A DNA stretch of 64,000 nt from Savitreella phatthalungensis (lineage: Eukaryota), in the NCBI GenBank assembly GCA_051599415.1, contig AP039691.1, positions 372,001 through 436,000 of the forward strand, given 5' to 3'. The notes under the pieces are model-generated. The model saw nothing but the letters and a program-made list of their open reading frames with translations, had not been told where the DNA came from and ran no database searches. The position numbers and the translations under genes were made by a program. Shown one piece after another: positions 1-10,587 of the stretch (its first letter is position 1; each line of letters opens with the position of its first letter).

Positions 1-792
1 GCCCTGGCTATAACTCGTGTGAGCATTGAGTACTGCCTATCGATGTTCGGGATCAATCGTCAACGCGCATGACAGGACGTTTGTTTCGTCTGGAGTACGT
101 CGTACGGAGTTAGTCTCCATTGTCAACTCGAAGCCGCCAGGAACTATCGATTCCGCAACACTGACAAAGGCGAAAAAGATGGGTATGAGACCGCGGCGAG
201 CGGAACATAGCCGCATGCATCCAACTTCATGAATCTCTGCAACGGACACAGTTCTAAACCTGCTTCGGCGAACATATCTGCGTTCAGAATCAGCGGAACA
301 AATGCACGCCTGTCGAGTTCTTGCCTCCACTCAACGCCAAAAGTGTCTTAGACAGACGTCACTGCCAATATCCTAAGATCAAATGCTCATTTGATATGTG
401 TTTTATTATACTTGAAGCATGACGTGCAATGCAGCGCGAAGTGAGGCGAGTGCTGATGGAGACGAGACGATGGACGGTTGGCTAGATAGCTGACAGTCTT
501 TATGGACGCCAGTCAGTGAGAGTATGCCTGATCCCTGTAGCCGTAATTCATCGGCCGTGGACGATTGGTCGCCGTAATCATGGAGACCACGCAAGAAATG
601 GCGGCGATAGTGACGATGACGATAATAACAACAACGACGGCGATCATAAGCAGCCGAGCTCTGTCTCGCCCCACGAGGATGTCTTGTACCTTCAATGCTG
701 GCCTTATGATTGTTTAAATCGAGCTCTCGCGCATGTCGTTGGGCCTAAGAGGTAGTCGACCTTTTGTTCTGGGACAGTCTCATGCTGAACTT

Positions 793-1235
793 CTTCAACC
801 GAAAATACCGATGTGGGATGGAGGTTATGACCGTCGACATGCGCGCAGGACCGTGTTTGCACTCGTCAAAGGCCTAGTCCTGTATCACACACAGGCTTAC
901 GAGCACGAGTTCACGCAGCCGGAGCGAATGTCCTTTTCGGCCGCCCTCGCCGACCTTGACCTGTCAAACGGTTACATAAAGTCAAGGATGGTCGCGAATG
1001 GACCCGTGATACGCGATCTCGTCCTGCATATGGCGACCACCTTTCTCTTCATGTAATCGTTCGACAAGTCAAGCTGGCCGAGGGCGGCTGAGAAGGTCAT
1101 TCGTTCGGGCTGCGTGAACTCGTGCTCGTAAGCCCGTGTGATATGCAGGACTAGGCCTCTGACGAGTCCGTATACGGTGCCCCGCGCAGGTCGACGGTCG
1201 TAATCTCCATCCCGCATCGGTATCTTCAGTCGAAC
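793..1235. repeat. Long imperfect inverted repeat (arms ~793-996 and ~1032-1235, loop ~35 nt)
   Basis: Manual alignment of the left arm to the reverse complement of the right arm gives 37 mismatches in 204 nt (~82% identity) with no indels. Bases 894-920 pair perfectly with 1108-1134 (27 bp). Both arms translate to near-identical peptides (..AYEHEFTQPERM..). Confidence 0.95.
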
Positions 1236-1431
1236 GGGGGAGGTGGCCTAGGAATCCCATGATGAACATCACGACGCTTCTGGCGTCGGGAACCGGTGCT
1301 CTCTCGTCATTTGCGAGCTTTTTGAAAAGCTCCGGGGTTAACCCTAACCATAGAGGTCGTGGGAGGATTCTTTCCACCCGGTCGGTCTTCCTGCTCGGAA
1401 GATCGACAGAAGCACACTGGCAGCTGATCAC
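972..1431 (-). pseudogene. Probable frameshifted gene fragment forming the right arm of the inverted repeat
   Basis: ORFs 1069..1431 and 972..1217 join into one plausible protein (..FIMGFLGHLP/VRLKIPMRDGDYDRRP..) if one base is removed from the G5 run at 1236-1240. No clear start codon. Confidence 0.4.
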
Positions 1432-2524
1432 CTACAGCACTCTGACCGACCAGATTGCAATGAAGATTGAGAAGTAATGAAGTAGTAATGAAGTTGAGTA
1501 ATCGGATGGGATAGCAACTCTGTTCGGCGGGTCGTTGCGAAATCGGTGCAGGTCTTATATGATAGCGTTGCGATTCTCTTTCGCTGCGGACAACACATTG
1601 TGTTCGACCACATTGCGTTTGAGAAGCAGCAGCTGGTGAGCTAGCAGTGATCAGATCACGCGATCAGAAGCCACGAGGATTCGTGGTACTTGCAGTTGGT
1701 GAAACATGACCGTTCATTCTTCCGAGAAGGAGGTCAACAGCTTGTGACCAATGCGAGATGAATTCTCTATAGTCCTTGTCGATCCAAGTCGGCAATCAAT
1801 CCATAAAGGAAGCGATACAGATAAAACTTGTCATTACGAGGTCAGCCATGCGATAAGAATATATCCAGAAGGTGGGGCTATGGCCGCAGCGATCCATCCA
1901 CGAGAGACAATGCGATGTGTTTCTCTGCGTCGGGACGAGCGTATACAGATCAGCAGACGAGAAATCCACATCTGGAGCATTCTACAGCTGAATCACGTCT
2001 GTTTGCTGAGTCACGAATCTGTCTCTCCCAGTTCCTCGATTGGAAAAGGCCGATGTGATTCTGATGAGCCTCATGGCAGTTATTCGCTCAATGAGTCAGA
2101 GGAGGAATCAAGCCACCGAAATACGTCGTGGCCTCGTATCCTGAAACGCCACGCGAACCACGTCGTGGACGGACGCAGAACGCTTCTCATGGGACGACAC
2201 CTTCAAGCAGATCCGCTCCCTAACAGTACTGAAAGCGTGGCTATGAGGAATCGTGGTGCATTTTGGAATGGACACACCTTGCTCGATCCAGAACTCGGGA
2301 AGATCGGTTCTGTGAGAAGCACACGAGGTTGGGCACATGATCTGAATCGATGGACGATTTGACGATCAGCTGGCAGGCTAGCATGCTGGAGCTATGTCGG
2401 GCAGTGTTCGCCAGCCATAGGCTCCTCACTCAGCTCTATGCAAACAGCACACGACACGACACGCATTGTCTGATCTGAACGATGGATGAATAGAATGAGA
2501 TGATCGAGATGGGAGCTATGGCTA

Positions 2525-2881
2525 TCAGATCTCGTCCACGACTGGCTCCTCAGCTTCGAACCTGGCAATCATCCTAGCGCGCTCGGCAGTGTGTGATTGC
2601 GAGTTGGACCTCCTCCTTGGCTTTGTCATGTTGATGGCCGGTGTGGATCCAGGAGACGTGGAGAGGTTGGAAGAGAAGGACGATTGTCTCGAGGCAGCTC
2701 CACCGCTGCTGGACGACGGTACGCCGTACGCCGTGTCCATATCGTCAATGTCGTCCATCACGGATCCCCAGTTGCCCTTGCCCGAGCCACTACGCTTGGC
2801 CGTCCGGTGAGGATCGAGAATGTGTCCCTTCGAGTCAGAGTGCTTTGGTCCTTGAGACTTTTCACGGATGCTGCGAGTCAT
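2525..2881 (-). CDS. STF2: Stf2/Tma10-like small hydrophilic protein
   Basis: MTR start, KRSGSGKGNWG..DDIDD motif and C-terminal RRRSN, as in yeast Stf2/Tma10. Confidence 0.75.
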   Translation of the reverse strand: MTRSIREKSQGPKHSDSKGHILDPHRTAKRSGSGKGNWGSVMDDIDDMDTAYGVPSSSSGGAASRQSSFSSNLSTSPGSTPAINMTKPRRRSNSQSHTAERARMIARFEAEEPVVDEI

Positions 2882-4331
2882 AATGTGTAGGATATGTGAG
2901 GATGGAACTGTCGTGTGAGAAAGCTTGTCGAGATCAGGAGTCTCTTGCTGGGTTTTAGTGTCGTCGACTGCTTGAAGAAGCTCAAAATGCCGTGCTTGGC
3001 ACTATGCGAGAACGCCCTTCTTATAGACCGGCAGTCATGCGATGGATGCGTAGGTGTGCCGTGAACGTGCTGTCACACGTCGAGGATGGTGGTGTACCGA
3101 TCGAAGGATCCGACTGGAATGGATGGCGCAAGGAGTCCGGCATGCGTCTGCGAGTTGGATGGAGCGGATGCTTGGTGCGTGGTGGGTGTTTGCGCTGGCA
3201 TGAGGGCCGTCAGTGGACGATGTGAGCCTGCTGTGAGTCTTTCCCAATTGCTTCTTGCTGGCGATCACCAGGATCACACAACTTCTTGCTCAATCATCTG
3301 TTTGAGTCAGTAATTCTCAAACGTGGGGTAAATCTCAAGCTGTAGCAGGACAGATATCTAATTGAAGCTGAGTATGGCCAAAACAGCCCTGTTCCGATGT
3401 ACTCGACTTGATGGATCTAATCTCAGTAGAAGTTCTGGAAAGTTTTGTCTCTAGCTTCAATTTCCTATCTCGATGGTGAATCGGCAGCGGGAGCCAAATC
3501 ACCTGAAGTTAAATAACTCCTATCGCTAACAGACATCAGATTGTCATTTCGTTGTCATGCCCGCTGAGCTGGCTCAGAAGGCGCCACTGACAGTGTCGAT
3601 TCCGATCAGATGGCGAGCTCGATCGGGCTTATCGCGCGCTCGATCGCCATAGATAGCTCGATTTGTGGGTCACATCAACAAGGACGACAGTACAGATCCG
3701 TGGCACATTATTGACGAGAGTTGTTCAACTCCTACGTCCGTGGACATCGGATTGAAGCCATTAGGGAGCTGCCCATCAGAGGATTGGATTCTAGCCCCGT
3801 CGCTAAAATGCCCGCGCGATTATTCGGCACGAGACATTGATTTGGTCTTGTGACCCAGCGAAAGAGTGAGGCGTATAAACGAGTGGGTGAAGCTAAAGCT
3901 CCTGAGCTCTAGCAGGCTCAGCACTCGAAATGGAAGTGGCAGTGGAAGGTATTGTATTCCTCGGGTCTGGGCTCTTTCCCTTTCCGAGACGCGTAGATCA
4001 GCTCGTGATTGGTCAGGTTCTGCTGGAACGATCAATCTTGATCCCGACTTGGTTCAAACAATGATCGATCAGTTGTTATCCTCGAAAATTGATCGTTGCC
4101 TCGACTTTGTGGATGAGAGCTAGCGCGGAATTCCTGATGGAATCAATGTATCGTTGCAAATTGTGGCACACACCTTGCGCGCCACACGAGAACGCCGGAC
4201 CACCTTCGAGGTCGCGAATCTTAGGCCCCGTGCACGCGTCCAGCACCAGTGTATCACGCATCGGAGGTACGTCTTCAGGCCGGTATTGACAAGAAGAGAG
4301 CTAGCAAGCAATCCTATTAATCTCACCTATT

Positions 4332-4745
4332 ATGAGTGCTAAGGAGGAGACACAGAATGAGCAGTCACAGCAGCAGCAGTCCGGATCTACGGATGTGAAG
4401 GGCAAGGGCAAAGCTCGGACTCAGATCGAGGAGGATGACAGAGAGGAAGAGTCTGACTCTGAGGTCGAGGACGATTCCAAGCTTGAGGGTATGTGACACG
4501 CTCCTGGATGCGACAGCTCTTCATAGATTTGTAAATACTGACAATTGACAGTGGAGGAAGATGCGGACGATGAGTCAGATGACGATCTCGCCGAGATCGA
4601 TACCGCGAACATCATCGAGAGCGGCAGGACGCGCGGCAAACGGATCGACTACACGAAAGAGGCTCAGAATCTGCCCGAACAGGCAGGCGACGATGACGAG
4701 GACGCTGACGAGGACTACGAGTACAAGGAGCCCGAGCAGCAGTAG
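4332..4745 (+). CDS. CHZ1: Histone H2A.Z chaperone Chz1; join(4332..4488,4552..4745)
   Basis: CHZ motif DDLAEIDTANIIESGRTRGKRIDY in an acidic protein. A 63-nt intron (GTATGT..TACTGAC..CAG) keeps the frame. Confidence 0.9.
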
Positions 4746-4843
4746 GTAGATGGATGAGACGAAGCAGTGCGGAGTCCCACCGATCCAAAGGGAAATTAAT
4801 TCTAGAATGTCCATCATTACTGTCGGAGGCCTCCTCTCGTTTT

Positions 4844-5716
4844 CTATGGTCGTGAAGCGGCTGCTGTAGCAGCCTGGAGTCTTGCGTTGGCGTTGGCGGC
4901 AGAGTCAAAGAGGAGGACGAACCCGGTCGCCAGGAATTTGATGATGGCGGCAATCAGGACGACTGTGGCGTCATTGACGTGGGTTATAGTGACGCCGCCG
5001 ACGATGGCGCCCGCAAAGAGGAGGAGGATGAAGGCGACTCGGCGGTTCCGCGGACGATTGTTGAGTTTGAAAATATTCTTGTCATTGAAGAGATCGATCA
5101 TGGCAGACGTGATGACGAGGGTCGGCAGCTCCGGCACCTTCAGCCCTCTCGCGATCACACCCTGTCCGCCGAAACAGAATGCGAGGACAAAGAGCAGGCC
5201 AAGTACGCTATCTTTCTCTTCCAACATGACGACGACCTTGCCGTACAGCAGGCATGCGACGATCAGCGTCAGAATCGCCTGAATAAGGAAAGCGGAAACG
5301 ACCCAGGCACGCCGTGTGGGGCCGAGACGGTGGCTGATTTGCCCCGTGACGAAGGCGCCTGCCCAGAAGGAGCAGAGCGCTGTGACGGAGTGCTTGGCGG
5401 AGATGAATGGGTCTGACACTTGGGCGACAGACAGACCGAGGAACACGACGTTTCCAGTCATGTTTGCGATGAAGACTTTCGCCTGCGTGAAGGAGAATGC
5501 ATCGATTACGCCTGTGCCAAACGCCACCAGCAGCAGCAAGTAGTCCGTGTTGCGGGTGCTGATGTCTTCAGCCATGTACGCATGCAGCCTCTGCCTTCGT
5601 CCAGGCAGCTGTGGGGCCGGCGCGGCTCTGTCTCCGGCTCTCTCGAGGGACGAGTCTGAAGATGAGCCATGGTCCAGGACGAGCTCAGCGTCCTTCGCCC
5701 GATGGCTCTTGGACAT
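4844..5716 (-). CDS. DUF1275/YoaK-family multi-pass membrane protein
   Basis: G.IDAFSF...VFIANMTGNVVFLG and ELPTLVITSAMIDL motifs with several TM helices. First ATG at 5716. Confidence 0.85.
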   Translation of the reverse strand: MSKSHRAKDAELVLDHGSSSDSSLERAGDRAAPAPQLPGRRQRLHAYMAEDISTRNTDYLLLLVAFGTGVIDAFSFTQAKVFIANMTGNVVFLGLSVAQVSDPFISAKHSVTALCSFWAGAFVTGQISHRLGPTRRAWVVSAFLIQAILTLIVACLLYGKVVVMLEEKDSVLGLLFVLAFCFGGQGVIARGLKVPELPTLVITSAMIDLFNDKNIFKLNNRPRNRRVAFILLLFAGAIVGGVTITHVNDATVVLIAAIIKFLATGFVLLFDSAANANARLQAATAAASRP

Positions 5717-7266
5717 GAACAAGAAGCGTGACGGTAGAGATTGGAGTGAACGAGATTAGCCAAGAGACAATGGTATTGAGAAAGTGTGTTTGGACTAGCT
5801 GATGAGGTGAGCATGCCCTGAACCATGTGGTACTGGTGGCTCATCCGTTCCGCTGTCGGCAGATACAATAGCACACTGCATGTAGACTGTGAGGGATAGC
5901 CAGATGGGATTGACGTGGAACGGACTCATCATTTCAATTTTTATTTTCTTTGAGAAATTCCGCGGGTCATCGTTTTAACGTCGAGTTTGAGCAGATCCAC
6001 GTACAGTTTCACATCTCACGTACTGCAAAAACACAATATCGAATTCCGGCCAGTCCGACTATAGCTATAGGAAGGTCAATAGATGCTCGACCATGTGATT
6101 GAACGTCAACCGCAACTACAGCTTGATTGGAGTGAATCACGTTTTTGCACATGTTTGAGATTAACAGAACAATTTAAAGGGCATACCGTATGAGCACAGC
6201 TTCAGCGACTGATGGAGTGAGCCAGGTCAAGCCGCACAACGTACACAAGTACCTTTTCGAAAGTGAACGCTTACTTCAGGCCTGATCATCGCTGCCTCTG
6301 CTAGAGAAATCAGTGAATATGAAGGAGATGCGTGAAGTACTTGAGCTAGTCGATTGATCGTGTGATCTAGTCAGGAGTCTGTGCGACTATGACGAGTGAA
6401 TCTATACCATCGGTGCCAATGATGCATCCACGTGATATTCACTGAACGCTTTCCTGATGTCTCTCTCACTCTCTGACCAGGCTCATTCATGCAGCTAACG
6501 GCTTATCTGCAACTCCCCAATCCACGCTTAGAGGACTTTCATCGCTCCAATCCAAAGTGCTGCACAGAAATCTGTCTTTCGATGCACAGTCTTCGAATGC
6601 GGATCCTGAATGCACGCACTTGTCATGATCATGCACGGATGCACCATTCAGTCCCCTAAGTAGAGCTAGCACTCGAGTGAGGAACTTTTGGATGTGTCGC
6701 TCCATTGCTAGACCTGACACGGAGCCAGTCCCCCGCACTCTGTTCATGCAGGCACGTCATGGTCACAAGGGAATGGCAGTGATGCATCGGCGGCCCCGCC
6801 CAGCCATCGAGAGCGCATTTGTTGCATCGAGAGAGGGTCTGGAATGCAATCGACGAGGAGCTCGCTCTTGCGGATGTGGCCAGATACACAAGTAGTCCGA
6901 ACAAGAGTGCCCGAAACCAAGAGCAATAAGCTTGGCGCTATCGAAGCTTAGTTCGCCTCAGATTTACCGCAAATGAGCCTGTAGCGTGACGTGTCCGAGC
7001 GTGACAATGATCCCGACGGACAAAACCATTCTCTTCCGCACAGACCGCGTTCGAGCATCATGTTTCGGATCGTCTCTGCGGCATTTGGCGAACCGTCCGC
7101 AGAAGCACCCAGGTAGTGTCATCAACACGCGTCCATCCGCTCGTCATGCTCCGACAGGACAACGTTCTGGTGGGGTGCCGGTAAAGGCGCATTCCAGGAT
7201 TGAGCTGCGCTAAGTCAAGAAGTTCCCCTCGAGGCCGACAGCGCAGACGGTACAGACCATAGTCCG

Positions 7267-8727
7267 ATGTCGCACAGGCAGGACCTGGAGCAGTTCGTGC
7301 TCGCGCTCGAGGCGTATGACAAGGCCGAGTACGATGTAGCGTTGGCGCGATTCGAGGTCATTGCAGAGACGAGCAAGATACAGTTCAACATGGCTCTAAT
7401 CCATGCCACCATTGGCGAGCATGAGATGGCTGTTGCGCGCTTCAACCGTGCCACGGCGCTCGATCAGTTCATGGCGATTGCCTATTACCAGCGAGCAGTC
7501 TCCCTCTTTCTCCTGCGTGACTTCTCTCCTGCCCTGGAGGATTGTGAGGAAGCGATGCTGTATATGCGCTCAAATGACGTGATAGACTACACGCAACTCG
7601 GTCTCTCGTTCAAGCTTTTTCTCTGCGAGATCTTGTTCAACCGCGCGCTTTGCCTGACTGAGCTCGGCCGAGCTGAAGAGGCCATGACGTCGCTGATCGA
7701 TGCCGCGACGTGCAGGCATTTACCGGAACACGGAATCATCCAGGAGGCTATCGAGGCAGGCACCGCAGCAGATCTAATGGTTTTCTCCATTCAGGAGGGC
7801 ACCATCTTCCGTCCGCCGATACACAAAGTCCGCAACTTGCCCAACCGCGACTATCTCGGTCAGGCGAAATTGATCGCCGCGGTCCGCCCCGACGACGCCT
7901 TTGTCGGCTTCACAGGTTCTGAGCTCCGGCTGCGCAAGACGAGCGACGCAGGCCCGGTCTCAAGCTCTCCGACGGTACCGATCAAGCAGCTTAATAAAGC
8001 CCTGCCTCGTGTTCGGGACGATAAGCCACTGTTCTCCAAAGACTACAACCTCACAGGCCGAAGCCTGCCTCCTTCGCCCCCACAAAGCGAAGCAAGTAGC
8101 GTGCGTGCCGTACCACCTCCGAGCCAGCCGCAACAGGCCGCTCGACGAGTGCCTGTGGGCTTCGAATTCGCCAGGCGGCCAACTGCCAAGTCTGTGGATC
8201 CAGGCGGATTACAGCAGCGATCACAGCCATCACCTTCCCGGCGTCGGCTCGAGCGCTATCGAGAGCAACGCCAGCCTCGTTACTCTTTCCCTGACACGCC
8301 CTCCGACGAAGGATCGGACTACGGTGATATCGTCGATCAGTATGCTTCGATAGCCGACGAGCCGGACTATTTCTCCCCGTCACCCAGAGACATTCGTTCC
8401 ACGAGGAAAGCTGCCATGACCAGAGCAGCTCCGCAATTCGACGGCAGTAGGCTCAAAGTAAAAGTTGTGGGCGTCGACGCGGACGCGCGCGTTCTGACGG
8501 TAGATATGCCCGTGGACTTTATCGTGCTGGTGAAAAGGATCGAAAATAAGTTGGCCTGGCACGAGCTGACCAACGCGAAGCTTCGACTCAGGGTCAAGGA
8601 TGAGGATGATGAGCTCGTGTGCCTAGATGATCAGGACGATCTCGACGATGCTGTCGATTTCTCACTCTCTCAAGCTCGCAGCCGGGGCAGATCCATCGCT
8701 ACTCTGACCGTCCATGTCAAGCGATGA
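7267..8727 (+). CDS. noxR: NADPH oxidase regulator NoxR (p67phox-like; TPR + PB1)
   Basis: N-terminal TPRs (SKIQFNMALIHATIGEH, IDYTQLGLSFKLFLCEILFNRAL), DYLGQAKLIAA activation region, and a C-terminal PB1 with OPCA motif (KDEDDELVCLDDQDDL). Confidence 0.9.
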   Translation: MSHRQDLEQFVLALEAYDKAEYDVALARFEVIAETSKIQFNMALIHATIGEHEMAVARFNRATALDQFMAIAYYQRAVSLFLLRDFSPALEDCEEAMLYMRSNDVIDYTQLGLSFKLFLCEILFNRALCLTELGRAEEAMTSLIDAATCRHLPEHGIIQEAIEAGTAADLMVFSIQEGTIFRPPIHKVRNLPNRDYLGQAKLIAAVRPDDAFVGFTGSELRLRKTSDAGPVSSSPTVPIKQLNKALPRVRDDKPLFSKDYNLTGRSLPPSPPQSEASSVRAVPPPSQPQQAARRVPVGFEFARRPTAKSVDPGGLQQRSQPSPSRRRLERYREQRQPRYSFPDTPSDEGSDYGDIVDQYASIADEPDYFSPSPRDIRSTRKAAMTRAAPQFDGSRLKVKVVGVDADARVLTVDMPVDFIVLVKRIENKLAWHELTNAKLRLRVKDEDDELVCLDDQDDLDDAVDFSLSQARSRGRSIATLTVHVKR

Positions 8728-9495
8728 CTCATTGTCTTCTGGCGCACAGCCTGTCCGTTTGCGATCTTTGTCCACCTCATGTGGCGGAGGCTCATAAGGA
8801 ATCGGACTCGGTAAGTGGTTTACATGTACTGCCACCCCTGACAGTATGGCATGTATGGTCACCGCGTCTCGACCACGTCCGGATACTCTGGTTGCTTACC
8901 GCGCAGGCGTAAGGGCAGCGATGCACTCGGTCGCTGATCTTGCCACTTGCGGGAAGCATAAATGTCTAGCTAAGCAATATTCATGCTTAATTGGACGTTT
9001 ATGCTTCTCGCTTAGCCACGAGACTATTGTCCGTCATACAGATGCTGACGGGGTCCATATTCAATGTCGACATCGATCTCGCTCTTTGTCTTGCAGGAGG
9101 ACACGCGGATTCACAAGGTCCATCAGTAGAGCTAGATTGGTTGAACGCTTCTTCGCTCTGCTATATACCTTTTCAGCGAGTAGCCCTGAGTCGTCCACAG
9201 GTCATTCATGAACAGAACATGGCTTGAGGACTTCCATTGTGTCCATCCATGATGTTGTACACTCTAACCTGTCGTTGCCTTGCACTGTGTCGTGAAGAAG
9301 CGATCCTGTGTTGGAACGGGGAATTGGAACATCAATACGCCACCTTTTTGATCAAATCACATGTAGACACATGTGACTCTAGGCGATGCAAGCGACGGGC
9401 TTATATGGAGATATGATTGCCAGCATGCTAGCCGGAGAGCGACCATTCAGCTGCTCATTGCTCAGTCTCATCTTTCAATCTCCTGCGCAAAGCTC

Positions 9496-10554
9496 ATGGA
9501 GTCGCTCTACAACGCGAAGACGGAGCCCTGGCCCCAGGATGGAGAGCCTGGCATACTCCATCACTATGCCACCAGGCTGACAGCGTTCGAATTCACAGTT
9601 GGCCAGAGGCACAAGCCACACACGCTCCTGTTTGCCGGTGGTCTAGGCGACGGTATTGGCACCAATCGCTACTTGCATGATCTCTCTGAAGCTCTCGCAG
9701 GCTCGCCCTGGAGCGTCGTCCAGATTCACATGTCGTCGTCATTCGATGGCTGGGGAACAGGTAGTCTGACGCGTGACACCGAAGAGCTCGCAAGCTGCAT
9801 ACGTCATCTCGCAAAGTACAAGCTACGCAAGCATGGCACATCTAGCAAGACAGTACTCATGGGTCAATCGACAGGCTGCCAAGACCTATTCTTCTACATT
9901 TCCGCGCCCAATCCGCACCCTCACAGGCTCCCATACGATCCAGCTCTCGAATTATCAATGCGCCCATCGATCGAGGGCGCAATACTTCAGGCAGCAGTAT
10001 CTGATAGAGAAGCATATCTGGCCATCATGAAAGATGGATGTCCTTGGGACGGCCAGTCAGCCGAGGAGGTGACGAAGTTCATCAATGCAATGAAGGACGA
10101 AGCGCTTAAAGCTCCAACCGATCACGATGTCCTCCTTCCTTCTGAACTGACCACAAAAGTCTGCGCTCCAGGCAGTACGCCTATCAACGCTCGTCGATTC
10201 CTGTCTCTACTAAGTCCAGAATCGCCTGAAGATCCTCGAGAGGACGATTTCTTCAGCTCCGATTTGTCAGACGCGCGGCTCGCTCAGACCTTCGGGGCGA
10301 TCCGTGATCGCGGCGTTCTGAAAGGTAAGCTGGTCGTTTTACAAGGTAGCGACGATCCAAGCATGCCTTCGTGGATCGATAAAGCTGGACTGTTGGCACG
10401 GTGGGCGAAAGCGACGGGAGACGAGATCTGGGATCACGAGACAAGCACTGTCATCCCAGGTGCAACTCATACTGTCGACGAACCTGATCGTGCGGGACCT
10501 CGTGAGGTCCTTGTGCAGACAGTTGCCAAATATCTGTCTGGTATTCACTCCTGA
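9496..10554 (+). CDS. DUF1749 alpha/beta hydrolase (SidJ-like esterase family)
   Basis: LLFAGGLGDG, SSFDGWGTGSL.RD.EE, nucleophile elbow GQSTGCQD, ILQAAVSDRE, DDFFSSD and a C-terminal GATH. Confidence 0.85.
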   Translation: MESLYNAKTEPWPQDGEPGILHHYATRLTAFEFTVGQRHKPHTLLFAGGLGDGIGTNRYLHDLSEALAGSPWSVVQIHMSSSFDGWGTGSLTRDTEELASCIRHLAKYKLRKHGTSSKTVLMGQSTGCQDLFFYISAPNPHPHRLPYDPALELSMRPSIEGAILQAAVSDREAYLAIMKDGCPWDGQSAEEVTKFINAMKDEALKAPTDHDVLLPSELTTKVCAPGSTPINARRFLSLLSPESPEDPREDDFFSSDLSDARLAQTFGAIRDRGVLKGKLVVLQGSDDPSMPSWIDKAGLLARWAKATGDEIWDHETSTVIPGATHTVDEPDRAGPREVLVQTVAKYLSGIHS

Positions 10555-10587
10555 TAACACATACCAGCGGTCTCAAAGGAGCAACGA

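Noticed and set aside
513..695. Small ORF with TM-like Val/Ile run
   Set aside because: The hydrophobic run is the antisense reading of a GAC/GAT/AAC trinucleotide-rich tract and has no ATG-led context.
1334..1350. TAACCCTAACC telomere-like motif
   Set aside because: Fewer than two full units; expected by chance.
1751..2362. 203-aa ORF with a kinase-like snippet (RREIHIWSIL)
   Set aside because: No other kinase motifs (HRD, DFG) in this ORF and no support for a real gene.
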